Assembly (NCBI RefSeq): GCF_036588685.1
Contig: NC_086386.1
Span: 48,484,001 to 48,548,000 of the forward strand
Reading direction: 5' to 3'
DNA length: 64,000 bases
Origin: Mytilus trossulus
Taxonomy: Eukaryota
Part shown: positions 1 through 12,300 of the stretch, in pieces
How the letters are laid out: the number at the start of each line of letters is the position of its first letter
How positions within the stretch are numbered: the stretch's first letter is position 1
Made by a program: the position numbers and the translations under genes
Notes under the pieces: model-generated
Told to the model about the DNA's origin: nothing
What the model saw: only the letters and a program-made list of their open reading frames with translations
Databases searched by the model: none

Positions 1-3000
1 TTTTTGTCGTTGAGATGCTATCTCGTTGAGTGAAAAAAAACTGAGTGAAAAACACCCGCATATATATCTGGCTTCCATTCAAACCAAACTAATAGCTTTT
101 GGTTATTTATGATGCTAGGTTGCTGTCTCATACACGTTTATCCCATATTTCATATTGATGCACAATTCACAAACATATATGTATATATATATTAAAACTT
201 TGAAGTTAAGGTGTTATGTCATGCGTAAATAAGTGAGAGAGAAAAAGCAAAAGAGAGACTCAAAGAACTAAATAGAAAAAGATGTTAAGGAATGACCTGT
301 TTGGTTGCTCGTAATCGGTTGTCTATGAATATCGTTCCTGTCATTTTTTATGTAAGTGAGCTATTTTTGCTGTGTTTTGTTTTTTGCATATAAAAATCTG
401 TAATGGCTAAAAGTTGTATTCATATTTTTTCTTTAATAGTGAGCTTTATGATATGTTATTATGATTTAGATCATTGAGCCATTGAGGGACTACGTGTCAA
501 AGTTGTACGAAGGGCAACTCTGCCTTTCAAGCAGCGACTTTTCGCATGTGTCTTGTGACTTCATTCCATATTTAACCAGTTCGGATTAAGTTAATTTTTG
601 AGTATACACCAAGACAAACATCATCGTCTCAACTCTTGTTTCATTCTACAGACTGTGTACCTCAAATGTTTTAACTTAAAAAAAAAACGTCTGCACTGGG
701 AACCCCAGAGCTGAAACATGCACAACTCAGTTTAGCGGGGACAATACTCTGTACCCCTTTTTGACATTTTTGCACATTGGATCTTTCAAGACACTGTCAG
801 TGGTTAACGATATTGATTGTCAAAGACATGTCTATTAAGTTCGTGAATGCTCCATTCAAATAGGGACTACTCGATTCATTCTCGAAAAATTTGCAATAAT
901 CAAAGAAAGAAAACACCATTTTCTATTCAAAAAGAATATTCTACATTATAAGTTGTCGACTTTAAGTTAGTACCGGAACTGAAATAATTTGAAATATTTA
1001 ACTTAGTTCAAGGCTTTCACAAAAGGTTGCCACATATGTAATATGATGGACACATCAACCTTCAAAAAAAGGTCCCTCCTATGATACTTGGCCCTTAAAA
1101 CCCTAAGGTATTTTTTAAATACTTAGCTTTCTTCTACAGTGGTAGATAAAAGTTGAAAGCTAAGTTGCTTTAACTTTCTCCCATCCTTTTAGGTTTTACA
1201 ATGATACAAAGATTAAGGTTCATGTCCAGTGGCACATATTACAGTCATATCGGGATTCATCATTATACGATGCTGGAAAATTACTATTGCCAAATTCAAT
1301 TTCAAATGCATATATTCTTGTTCAATAAGGATAACATCTGTGTGTAAAACGTCTGATATATACAATGATTGATTTATTCATTATTGGTCTTTAACGCCTC
1401 TTTTAGTTGCTATTTCATGGCGACCAGCTATATAATGGCGAAGAAAGCTGGTGCACCAGGAGAAAACTACTGACATTCGGCTGGAAAATGGTAAAACATA
1501 GTTTTGGAGTAGCCGAAAATTGTCAAACATAGTTTTAGAGTCGGACCAAGCTTCCAACTCTGAAATCAGCAATGAAGCAATAATTTGTACTAATGAAAGA
1601 AGCTTCTTTCTCACTTGATCCAGTTTTTGTTTGATAGATAGTTTTGTATTTTTTTGTCTGTCAAATCGAATAGAGCAAGACGTTTTAAAAAGAGTTTAAG
1701 AAAAAAATGAACAGTAGCCGAGTCATAGCACATTTGAATACATTTTTGTCGTTGAGATGCTATCTCGTTGAGTGAAAAAAAACTGAGTGAAAAACACCCG
1801 CATATATATCTGGCTTCCATTCAAACCAAACTAATAGCTTTTGGTTATTTATGATGCTAGGTTGCTGTCTCATACACGTTTATCCCATATTTCATATTGA
1901 TGCACAATTCACAAACATATATGTATATATATATTAAAACTTTGAAGTTAAGGTGTTATGTCATGCGTAAGTAAGTGAGAGAGAAAAAGCAAAAGAGAGA
2001 CTCAAAGAACTAAATAGAAAAAGATGTTAAGGAATGACCTGTTTGGTTGCTCGTAATCGGTTGTCTATGAATATAGTTCCTGTCATTTTTGATGTAAGTG
2101 AGCTATTTTTGCTGTGTTTTGTTTTTTGCATATAAAAATCTGTAATGGCTAAAAGTTTTATTCATATTTTTTCTTTAATAGTGAGCTTTATGATATGTTA
2201 TTATGCTTTAGATCATTGAGCCATTGAGGGACTACGTGTCAAAGTTGTACGAAGGGCAACTCTGCCTTTCAAGCAGCGACTTTTCGCATGTGTCTTGTGA
2301 CTTCATTCCATATTTAACCAGTTCGGATTAAGTTAATTTTTGAGTATACACCAAGACAAACATCATCGTCTCAACTCTTGTTTCATTCTACAGACTGTGT
2401 ACCTCAAATGTTTTAACTTAAAAAAAAATGTCTTCACTGGGAACCCCAGAGCTGAAACATGCACAACTCAGTTTAGCGGGGACAATACTCTGTACCCCCT
2501 TTTTTGACATTTTTGCACATTGGATCTTTCAAGACACTGTCAGTGGTTAACGATATTGATTGTCAAAGACATGTCTATTAAGTTAGTGAATGCTCCATTC
2601 AAATAGGGACTACTCGATTCATTCTCGAAAAATTTGCAATAATCAAAAAAAGAAAACACCATTTTCTATTCAAAAAGAATATTCTACATTATAAATTGTC
2701 GACTTTAAGTTAGTAACGGAACTTAAATAATTTAAATAATTAACTTAGTACAAGGCTTTCACAAAAGGTTGCCACATATGTAATATGATGGACACATCAA
2801 CCTTCAAAAATAGGTCCCTCCTATGATACTTGGCCCTTCAAACCCTAAGGTATTTTCTAAATACTTAGCTTTCTTCTACAGTGGTAGATAAAAGTTGAAA
2901 GCTAAGTAGATAAAAGTTGAAAGCTAAGTTGCTTTTACTTTTTCCCCATTCTTTTAGGTATTACAAGATACAAAGATTAAGACTCCTGTCCAGTGGCACA

Positions 3001-4826
3001 TATTACAGTCAACTCGGGATTCATCATTATACGATGCTGGAAAATTACTATTGTCAAATTCAATTTCAAATGCATAGATTCTTGTTCAATAAGGATAAGA
3101 TCTGTGTGTGAAACGTCTGATATATACCATGATTGATTTATTCATTATTGGTCTTTAACGCCACTTTTAGTTGCTATTTCATGGCGACCAGCTATATGAT
3201 GGCGAAGAAAGCTGGTGCACCAAGAGAAAACTACTGACATTCGGCTGGAAAATGGTAAAACATAGTTTTGGAGTAGCCAAAAATTGTCAAACATAGTTTT
3301 AGAGTCGGACCAAGCTTCCAACTCTGAAATCAGCAATGAAGCAATAATTTGTACTAATGAAAGAAGCTTCTTTATCACTTGATCCAGTTTTCGTTTGATA
3401 GATAGTTTTGTTTTTTATCTGTCAAATCGAATAGAGCAAGACGTTTTAAAAAGAGTTTAAGAAAAAAAAAGAACAGTAGCCGAGTCATAGCACATTTGAA
3501 TACTTTTTTGTTGTTGATATGCTAGCTCGTTGAGAGAAAAAAAACTGAGTGAAAAACACCCGCATATATATCTGGCTTCCATTCAAACCAAACTAATAGC
3601 TTTTGGTTATTTATGTTGCTAGGTTGCTGTCTCATTGACGTTTATCCCATATTTCATATTGATGCACAATTCACAAACATATATGTATATATATATTAAA
3701 ACTTTGAAGTTAAGGTATTATGTCATGCGTAAAAAAGTGAGAGAGAAAAAGCAAAAGAGAGACTCAAAGAACTAAATAGAAAAAGATGTTAAAGAATGAC
3801 CTGTTTGGTTGCTCGTAATCGGTTGTCTATGAATATAGTTCCTGTCATTTTTTATGTAAGTGAGCTATTTTTGCTGTGTTTTATGTTTTGCATATAAAAA
3901 TCTTTAATGGCTAAAAGTTTTATTCATATTATTTCTTTAATAGTGAGCTTTATGATATGTTTTTATGCTTTAGATCATTGAGCCATTGAGGGACTACGTG
4001 TCAAAGTTGTACGAAGGGCAACTCTGCCTTTTTAAGCAGCGAATTTTCGCATGTGACTTGTGACTTCATTTCATATCTAACCAGTTCGGATTAAGTTAAT
4101 TTTTAAGCATACACCAAGACAAACATCACCGTTTCAACTCTTGTTTCATTCTACAGACTGTGTACCTCAAATGTTTTATCTAAAAAAAAATGTCTTCACT
4201 GGGAACCCCAGAGCTGAAACATGCACAACTCAGTTTAGCAGGGACAATACTCTGTACCCCCTTTTTTCACATTTTTGCACATTGGATCTTTCAAGACACT
4301 GTCAGTGGTTCACGATATTGATTGTCAAAGACGTGTCTATTAAGTTAGTGAATGCTGCATTCGAATAGAGACTGCTCGATTCATTCTCGAAAAATTTGCA
4401 ATAGTCAAAAATAGAAAACACCCTTTTCTATTCAAAATAATATTCTACATTATAAGTTGTCGACTTTAAGTTAGTAACGGAACTTAAATAATTTGAAATA
4501 TTTAACATAGTACAAGACTTTTACAAAGGTATCTTCTAAAAACTTAGCGTTCTTCTACTGTGGTTGATAAAAGTTGAAAGCTAAGTTGCTTTAACTTTCT
4601 CCCATTCTTTTAGGGATTACAATGTTACAAAGATTAAGGTTCACGTCCAGTGGCACATATTACAGTCATATCGGGATTCATCATTATACGATGCTGGAAA
4701 ATTCCTATTGTCAAATTCAATTTCAAATGCATACATTCTTGTACAATAAGGATAAGATATGTATGTAAAACGCCTGATATATACAATGATTGAGTTATTC
4801 ATTATTGGTCTTTAACGCCACTTTAA
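1..4826. repeat. Large-unit tandem repeat (~1.74-1.76 kb unit, ~2.8 copies, runs off the window start)
   Basis: Sequence at 1 recurs at 1743 and ~3505. Copies 1 and 2 are nearly identical; copy 3 is more diverged, has a deletion near 4527 and ends at ~4826. Confidence 0.95.
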
Positions 4827-5062
4827 AATTGATGAAATTCACTTCATTTTCATCTGAAGACCATCAGTGAAGCTGTAAGTCCTGAAAACTGTCTTATCGT
4901 CTTTCCAGCCCGTAAGTGGTCTTTGTTTTGTTTTAGAACACCACAAAACCTCATTATAAAATTTCTAAGATATTTTGGCATATTGGAAAGGCAATTCAAA
5001 AAATTAAATATATCATATCATGAGCACCACATATGAAGTTATTCTGACTATAGAGAAAGACT

Positions 5063-5305
5063 ATGTAAAATTGAGAATGGAAATGGGGAATGTGTCAAAG
5101 AGACAACAACCCGACCAAACAAAAAAACAAACAAAAAACAACAGCAGAAGGTCACCAACAGGTCTTTAATGTAGCGAGAAATTCCTGCATCCGGAGGTGT
5201 CCTTCAGCTGGCCCCTAAATAAATATATACTAGTTCAGTGATAATGAACGCCATACTAATTTCCAAATTGCACACAAGAAACTAAAATTAAAATAATACA
5301 AGACA
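5063..5305 (+). repeat. Interspersed repeat of a common mussel-type family
   Basis: GTAAAATTGAGAATGGAAATGGGGAATGTGTCAAAGAGACAACAACCCGACC... recalled from Mytilus-type repeats; not checked against a library. Confidence 0.5.
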
Positions 5306-5494
5306 ACATAAGACCAAAATTCAATGAACCTTATAAACGCAACATGCTGGGAGAGAAGCTGAAATTACCAATTTTGTTAGTACTACATTCCTCTAGATTA
5401 TGGATTGAATTCACAATTTCTTACACAGAAGCTGAGCAAGATATCCAAAGACTTTTGTGAAAGGTGATGCCCTATGCCAGAGACCTCTGTGTGT

Positions 5495-6172
5495 AAAGGA
5501 GTAGGTCCGGTAAGGGCTGATTTTGGTCTCAAATTTCAGGTTTATCTAACGAAAAATTTTGATCACTTTTAAAACACTTAAGTGGCTATTTCATTTGATT
5601 CAATAAATTTTTGTGAAAGATTTCAACTGCTTATCTAACGAAAAATTTTGATCACTTTTAAAACACTTAAGTGGCTATTTCATTTGATTCAATAACTTTT
5701 TGTGAAAGATTTTAACTGCTTTAGTCATTTTAAAAAAACGATATGATTCAAGCTCAAATATGTAAAAACCTTCCAAATATGCCGAAAAATATCACTTTTC
5801 AGATGGTTTTTGTCAGAAATGAAAGTGGCCGCATCCGTGTTCATCCTCAACCTTTATATACGTTATGTATTACCATTAAATACAACTTACATTTCAATAT
5901 TAAGGATGAACACAAATGCAGCCACTTTTGTTTTACACGAAAACCGTCTAAAAATTAATTAAAATGCTAGAATTGTGAAGATTTCAGTTATTTAGCATGA
6001 CCTAATGGTGCTAGTACCTGATATATGTGCAGTGTATTGTCAAAAACAGGCCATATTTATGTAGCAGAAGCTTTATACTGTCAAATAAGTAACTAAAGGA
6101 TTACATTTTAACAATTTTGTAAAACTGCTATATTTTGGGGCCAAAAAGTGGTCTTACTGGACCTACTCCTTT
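5495..6172. mobile_element. Non-autonomous TIR element (MITE, Kolobok-like ends) with internal 89-bp duplication
   Basis: Inverted ends AAAGGAGTAGGTCC(G)GTAAG ... CTTAC(T)GGACCTACTCCTTT; direct duplication at 5542 and 5631. Confidence 0.75.
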
Positions 6173-6327
6173 CTCATTAAAGTTTGCCTGTTCTTTTGGC
6201 TTTAGCCTTTATAATGCCAAAAAAACTCTTTAAACTCAACTTAAGAGAAGAATGAAGTGAAACAAGTATTCTACTCTTAAGTTGACGGGAAAGAAACGCA
6301 GAAACAACTCTAAAATCAGTGACATTT

Positions 6328-6333
6328 TTTATT
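6328..6333 (-). promoter_or_regulatory. Probable polyadenylation signal (AATAAA) of the EGF-VWD gene
   Basis: AATAAA on the minus strand ~37 nt after the predicted TGA. Confidence 0.5.
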
Positions 6334-6369
6334 ATCACATTTGGTACAAAATATCCCTCGCCAGCAGAA

Positions 6370-6374
6370 TCAAC
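6370..6374 (-). CDS. Probable terminal coding exon (A|GT TGA = Ser-stop)
   Basis: Acceptor TTTTTCTCTCATTACAG, phase 1 matches the previous exon, immediate stop, AATAAA follows. Confidence 0.6.
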
Positions 6375-9300
6375 CTGTAATGAGAGAAAAAACAGTGTAT
6401 CAAATATAAAGAAAATATTTTAAAAATATCATTCAAGTTTTAAAACATTTATTTTATAAAATGTAACAGGTGCATAAATGATAATTTGATGATTTTATTG
6501 CATGTTTATACTAACCTCTAGCAATGAAAAATCTAATGGATGGGTGAAGCACAGATTAGAGAAAAAAAAGCCCCAAGTTTAGCAATAACATTAAATCCCA
6601 TTTGGAGGTACATTTATTCATTTTATCACATAGACCTCGAAATGAAATTCTTTGTCAACTCAGTTAAATAGACCAATTCTTTATTAAATTAATTTCTCAA
6701 CACTATACACTGCTTTAATCATGATTACTATAAATTAAATAAGAGAAATGACTGTTCTCCCCAATATTTCTTTTTTCCTTTCTTTCTTTTACCCCACTTA
6801 TAAATTACTGTGTAATTGTGTAATATATCATACACAAGGAACCTCAATGATGAAAACTTACCATAAAATACTTTGCTAAAAAATTTATGATTTACATCGT
6901 GTCCAATTAAATGGTTACTACTTGACCTTATTGAAGGCAATATTTCTGAAATAAATACAAAGGTCAAATATTAATTGTACTTCTAGTTTAAAATCATGTG
7001 CCAGTCTCAAGAGAAGGCTCAGAAAATAGACAAGATATATTGACAATTATTGAAATGCAGTGATGTTTATATACCACTAGGTATCACAACTCCTTCAATA
7101 TTTGAATTTCTTGTTTGTCTGTCACTATAAAAACACACTTATTATTTGATGGCATAGATCGAAATAGACTTATTTTCAATCTGTATGCCAATCAGAGAAA
7201 AATATCAATTTTCTGTGTATGTCAATTTGTGTATCTGAAGCACTGTGTAATTTGAAGTCTTCGTCTCAAATTTATTAGTAACAGTGTACTGTACACTACA
7301 ACCTGTGACTGCTAAGAATTATTCTAAAATTCAACCTATAAATTGCGATGTTTTTCATTTTTGGGTACAAACAATGAAATCCCCATAATTCAGATTATGA
7401 ATAAGGATTGATTGAAAAAAGATCTTTTGACAATTTTACTGGTCATAATGAATTGGTTTTTTTCATGTGTTTTGAATGTTCAAGTTCTATACCTTTATAC
7501 TTTCAACATTTTTATATTTTCAACTGCTGATTAATCATAAGTTACAGGTATGCATGTGTTATAAATGTTAATCATTTAAATTTTATGTGTATTGTATAAA
7601 CAAGTTATTCTATGGAGTATGCCATTATTAATTTTGAAATATTTATTTTTGTATATTGCTTATGAATCTTAGTCATCAATTAAAAGGATGCATGCTTTAA
7701 TCTTTAAATGTTTGCACATACAAATTTTATGAGTGCTGTCATTCTATAAACAAGTACTGTGGACCAACTTATTTTCGCGAGCGATTTATTTTGGCGACTT
7801 TCGCAAGTAGAAAATAACGCGAATATAAATTGTCGTGAATATGTAAACCTTGGTTTTTTCCTTATTAAACTTCATCAGGAAAATCAGAAAATCGCGAAAT
7901 TAAGTAACCGCAAAGTGGTCAAGAAAGGGTAAACGCGAAATAAAGTATCTGCGAAAATAAGTTGGTTTACAGTAATTCTATCTAACTTATCAGATGACTT
8001 GGTACCTACTCTGTTGGCAGACTTTGTACCCATCACCCACCAGCCCTCCTAAACACATACATGCAGGTATGCCATCCTTCAAACTACATGTAGCATTACG
8101 ATGGCATTGCACTCCTATCTGTGTATGTCTGAACTCTGGTCTCTCATGGACCATCTGACACTTCACTGTCTCAGAACAATCCTCTGTTGTATAGGACTTA
8201 GCCAGCTATCACATAAAAAAAGTTAAATTGTGGAATTACAAATGATAGTGATCTATATAGAATTGATTCATTCTTTGTCATTTACAATCTGGTAGATAGT
8301 CTGCTCATTGGCAATTATATCACTTCTCCTTATTTTCAAATAGGACAGGAACTTACATGGTTAAACTTAAACCATATACAAATCTATATTTAAAACTTTG
8401 ACTAAAAAATAAGCTTTAACTGTGAAAACGTTTATAACAAAGTCATCCTTAATCTATTTTTTTTCTTAATTTGTTTCTATGATTCTTAAAATTTATCAAA
8501 TTGAGCTTTGTTGAAAAAGTATTTTTTTTACTATTTGAAATATTTTTGGAAGTAACTTCTTGAATTCAAAATGTGATGGAAGGTAAATAAAGTTACCAGA
8601 GATTCAAATTCACTGGAAAGTTTGCTAACCAATTCCAATTAAAGTTCAAAACATGTCAAACAATTCAATATCAATATTCTGTATAATCTGTGAGATATTG
8701 TAGAAAACCTAATTTAAAAATCATTTTAATGATATGATGATGATGGAGGACTTTTAAATGTTCAGTGGCAAATAATATGCATATTCAGGATGAAAAACAT
8801 GTTTATGCTACAGAATTTGAATCATGATCTGTATAAGACCAACACACTAAGGGTGATTTTTTACAAGGTAACAGTCATCAGGACATTTTGAAGGTATGCA
8901 ATTTTTTTTATATTAAAACAAATATTCTGTGAACTTAAATATTCTGAACGAAATATTTACATCAATTATGAAGAATACATTATTAGCTGACTATAAAGTT
9001 TAAGTTCTTCTTGTTCTATGAGAATTTTTGTTAACAAAGATTGATCATAGCTGTTGATCATTCACAGCCAATATTTGATAAACACAAAGCCTACAAAATA
9101 TGAAAGCTTTTTGTCAAAAAACCTTATAAGGCATGCATTAATGTTTAATAAATAGACAGACAAATTCCTATGGTATGTTTGGTTTATGCAACTGGTGCCG
9201 TGACCAAGATATGGAAATATTTTGGCGAGGGTGTGTCATCCATGTACTTACAGGTATATAATGTCTGTCTGGACAATAACAACCACATTGACTAGCTGGT

Positions 9301-12300
9301 ACACACTCATGTCCACTCCTGTAGTATCCTGCCTTACAAGTACACCCTTCAGAGAATGGCAAGCCACTATCACATGTGGTGGGTGTTCTATCCATGCAGT
9401 CAGCAGGGCATGCTGTAACTTCTGAACTGTATACAGAGTTTAGAGGACACTTCATACCTGAAATAGTATTTAAAAAGTTAATACAGACATGGTTGACAGT
9501 CAATCCTGTACATAAAGGTTGCAGTGCACCGGGTGCATAAACATGATCATGCACAGCTCACTGTAAAATACAATGAAAGGATCCATCATTGAATCTATTT
9601 TAAAAAATAATCAGTGTGATTTTCATATCTTGTTGTCAATTTTAGTAACTTTTGAATAATTTACTGTGGAATCATTATTTTATTATTTATTTTTTTTAGG
9701 GGGGGGGACAAGCCTTTATTTAACTCCTTCTCCGTTGTTCATTTAAATTTGTGCCCAAAACATATAGTGAAAAGTAATATTGTGTATGGATTATGGATTG
9801 AGGGTACAGTGTTATAGATACATCTGATAATTTTTTTATCATTTTCTATCTCATTTCAGGCAGTATTAATCCCATATATGATTCTTGTATAATGTTAATG
9901 GTGACATAACAGTTCTGGATGATCTAAAGACAAATATGGAAAGAGCTCTGTCAAGTTAAAAATACCTAAATCTATATCAATATATATCTTTTTCACCTAT
10001 TTATGGAACAGAGCAAACAACATGTAATGTATGCATAGTACATGCAAACTTTTTTTTCCTATTATATATTGTAGATATTTCTATTTATATATTGTAGATA
10101 TTTCTNNNNNNNNNNNNNNNNNNNNNNNNNNNNNNNNNNNNNNNNNNNNNNNNNNNNNNNNNNNNNNNNNNNNNNNNNNNNNNNNNNNNNNNNNNNNNNN
10201 NNNNNNNNNNNNNNNNNNNNNNNNNNNNNNNNNNGAGATTTTCGATTGTGTAAATCTTGATAAAACAATATTCCTATGTTGTTAAATATTTGAAACCCTG
10301 TACAACCTTAGTCAGGTGGTGCTGTAAGGGTGATGTTAAATCCTGACTATTGAAAATAAAGAAAAAATAAAGAAAAAGAGTTAAAAATACTTACCACAGT
10401 GATATCTAAAATTCTTCACCAGTATACCTCTTTGTAGACATTCCATGGCCATCTGTTGGACATAAACACATGCCCTCTTTTGTACTAAAGCATCATTGCC
10501 AAAGTTCATACAAACGTCTCTACGACAGGCGTCATACATCATCCTGGCTAAGTTTGGATACAGATGGTTACACTTTCTGAATGGGGTATGCTCATTCTGT
10601 ACTTTCATGTAACCACATATTCTTGCATCAGCTACATAGGATTCCTGGGTCAAGGTACATTTGGCACTTTTCTTTAAGGTACCAATACACCTGAGAAAAA
10701 TATATAATTAATTGTGAAAATATTGTTTCTTAAGAGAAACAAAACAATTTTAAACTACAGTTCATTTTATTGGTTCTATTCAATGCAGGTAAAAAGTAAG
10801 TATGGATAACACAAGCTTCCTAAACTATAAATTTATTTATAGAAAGCTAATATGAGTGCTACCGTATAACCGGTTAATTTTACAGGTGTTAATTCAAAAT
10901 TTTCCATGAATAAAGTATATGTCGAGATTACCGCGGGATTACGACGTTCCTAAGTTTGTAGATCTTTTGTACATTACCATTGGCGACGTTGGCGACTTCA
11001 GTGACGTCGCCGTGGGCTCTTGGAGTTGTTATTAAAAGTTATGGCTGAACAGACGTATTTGTTTATATTAGGGAAAATATCCTACTTTTAACCTCCACAT
11101 TTATGGTGCCGTGACCAGGATTTAAGCAAGCTCAAAGCGATAAGATCCAGGAACAGAAGTGCTGTTACAAAACTTTTTCGGAAGATAGATGCAGCGAAGC
11201 AAGAAACAGATTTCGATCCAGAAGAGTTGACCGCAACATTTGAAAACCTTCTTCAGAAGCAAAAGATATTGAACAATTTGAACGAGCAGATACTCCAGCT
11301 AGCGGAAGCAGAAGATATTGAAAGTGAAATTCTAGATTCAGATGAGTATTGTATTACGTTAGAAACCAAAATCAGACACATAAGAAATTTTGTTAGAGAT
11401 ACTCATACCACACCTAAGACACGTCAGAGTGAAACTTCATCCCAAATATTAAATGTTGACTCTCAACCGTTTGTCTCAGCAAACCTCACAGAAAACTCAT
11501 GCACGCAGTCGTCACAAAATCCGTTCTCTCAAGCTAGCAACACAATGAGTACTAATTTAAATCCGTATACATCCGCAAGCAGTCAGAATCACTACTTACC
11601 CAAACTCTCACTTCCGATATTCACAGGGAATATATTAGAGTGGCAAACTTTCTGGGATTCGTATGAATGCGCCATACATTTAAACCCTTCATTGACAGGT
11701 GTCCAGAAATTTAATTACCTCAAAGCGCAGTTACAAAATGAAGCTTTACGCATCATAGCTGGTTTTGCGCTCACCAATGCAAACTATGCGGACGCCATTA
11801 TTTTATTGAAGGAAAGATTCGGACAAACACACAAAATCACGCAAGCATACATACAAGCATTATTAGACATTCCATCACCACGAAACCATCTTATTAGTTT
11901 GAGACAATTCTATGATCAAATGGAAACTTGCGTCAGAGGGCTAGAATCTTTGGGCCAGTCACAAGACTCGTATGGAACATTACTTGTACCAATTAGTTTG
12001 AAAAAATTACCGGGAGAAATTAAAAAAAACCTTTCCCGTGAACATGGAACAGAAAACTGGTTATTACGAGACCTCCGGAAAAGTATTTGCAATGAGATAA
12101 ACATAATTGACGTGGGACAAGACACTGAAACTTCTGACAATTTACCAAGTACATCATCTTTCTTTACTGGAACTAAATCAACAAAACCCCGCCAAAATCA
12201 AGCTCTAAATACAAGACATATACGCCAGAATTTAGATACCAAACCTTGTGTATTCTGCCGCGATGTACACACAACAGCGCATTACACGAACATATCGGAT

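Noticed and set aside
1381-4368. Short ORFs repeated in the 1.75-kb tandem units
   Set aside because: No recognisable motif, and several are broken in sister copies; they recur only because the DNA is repeated.
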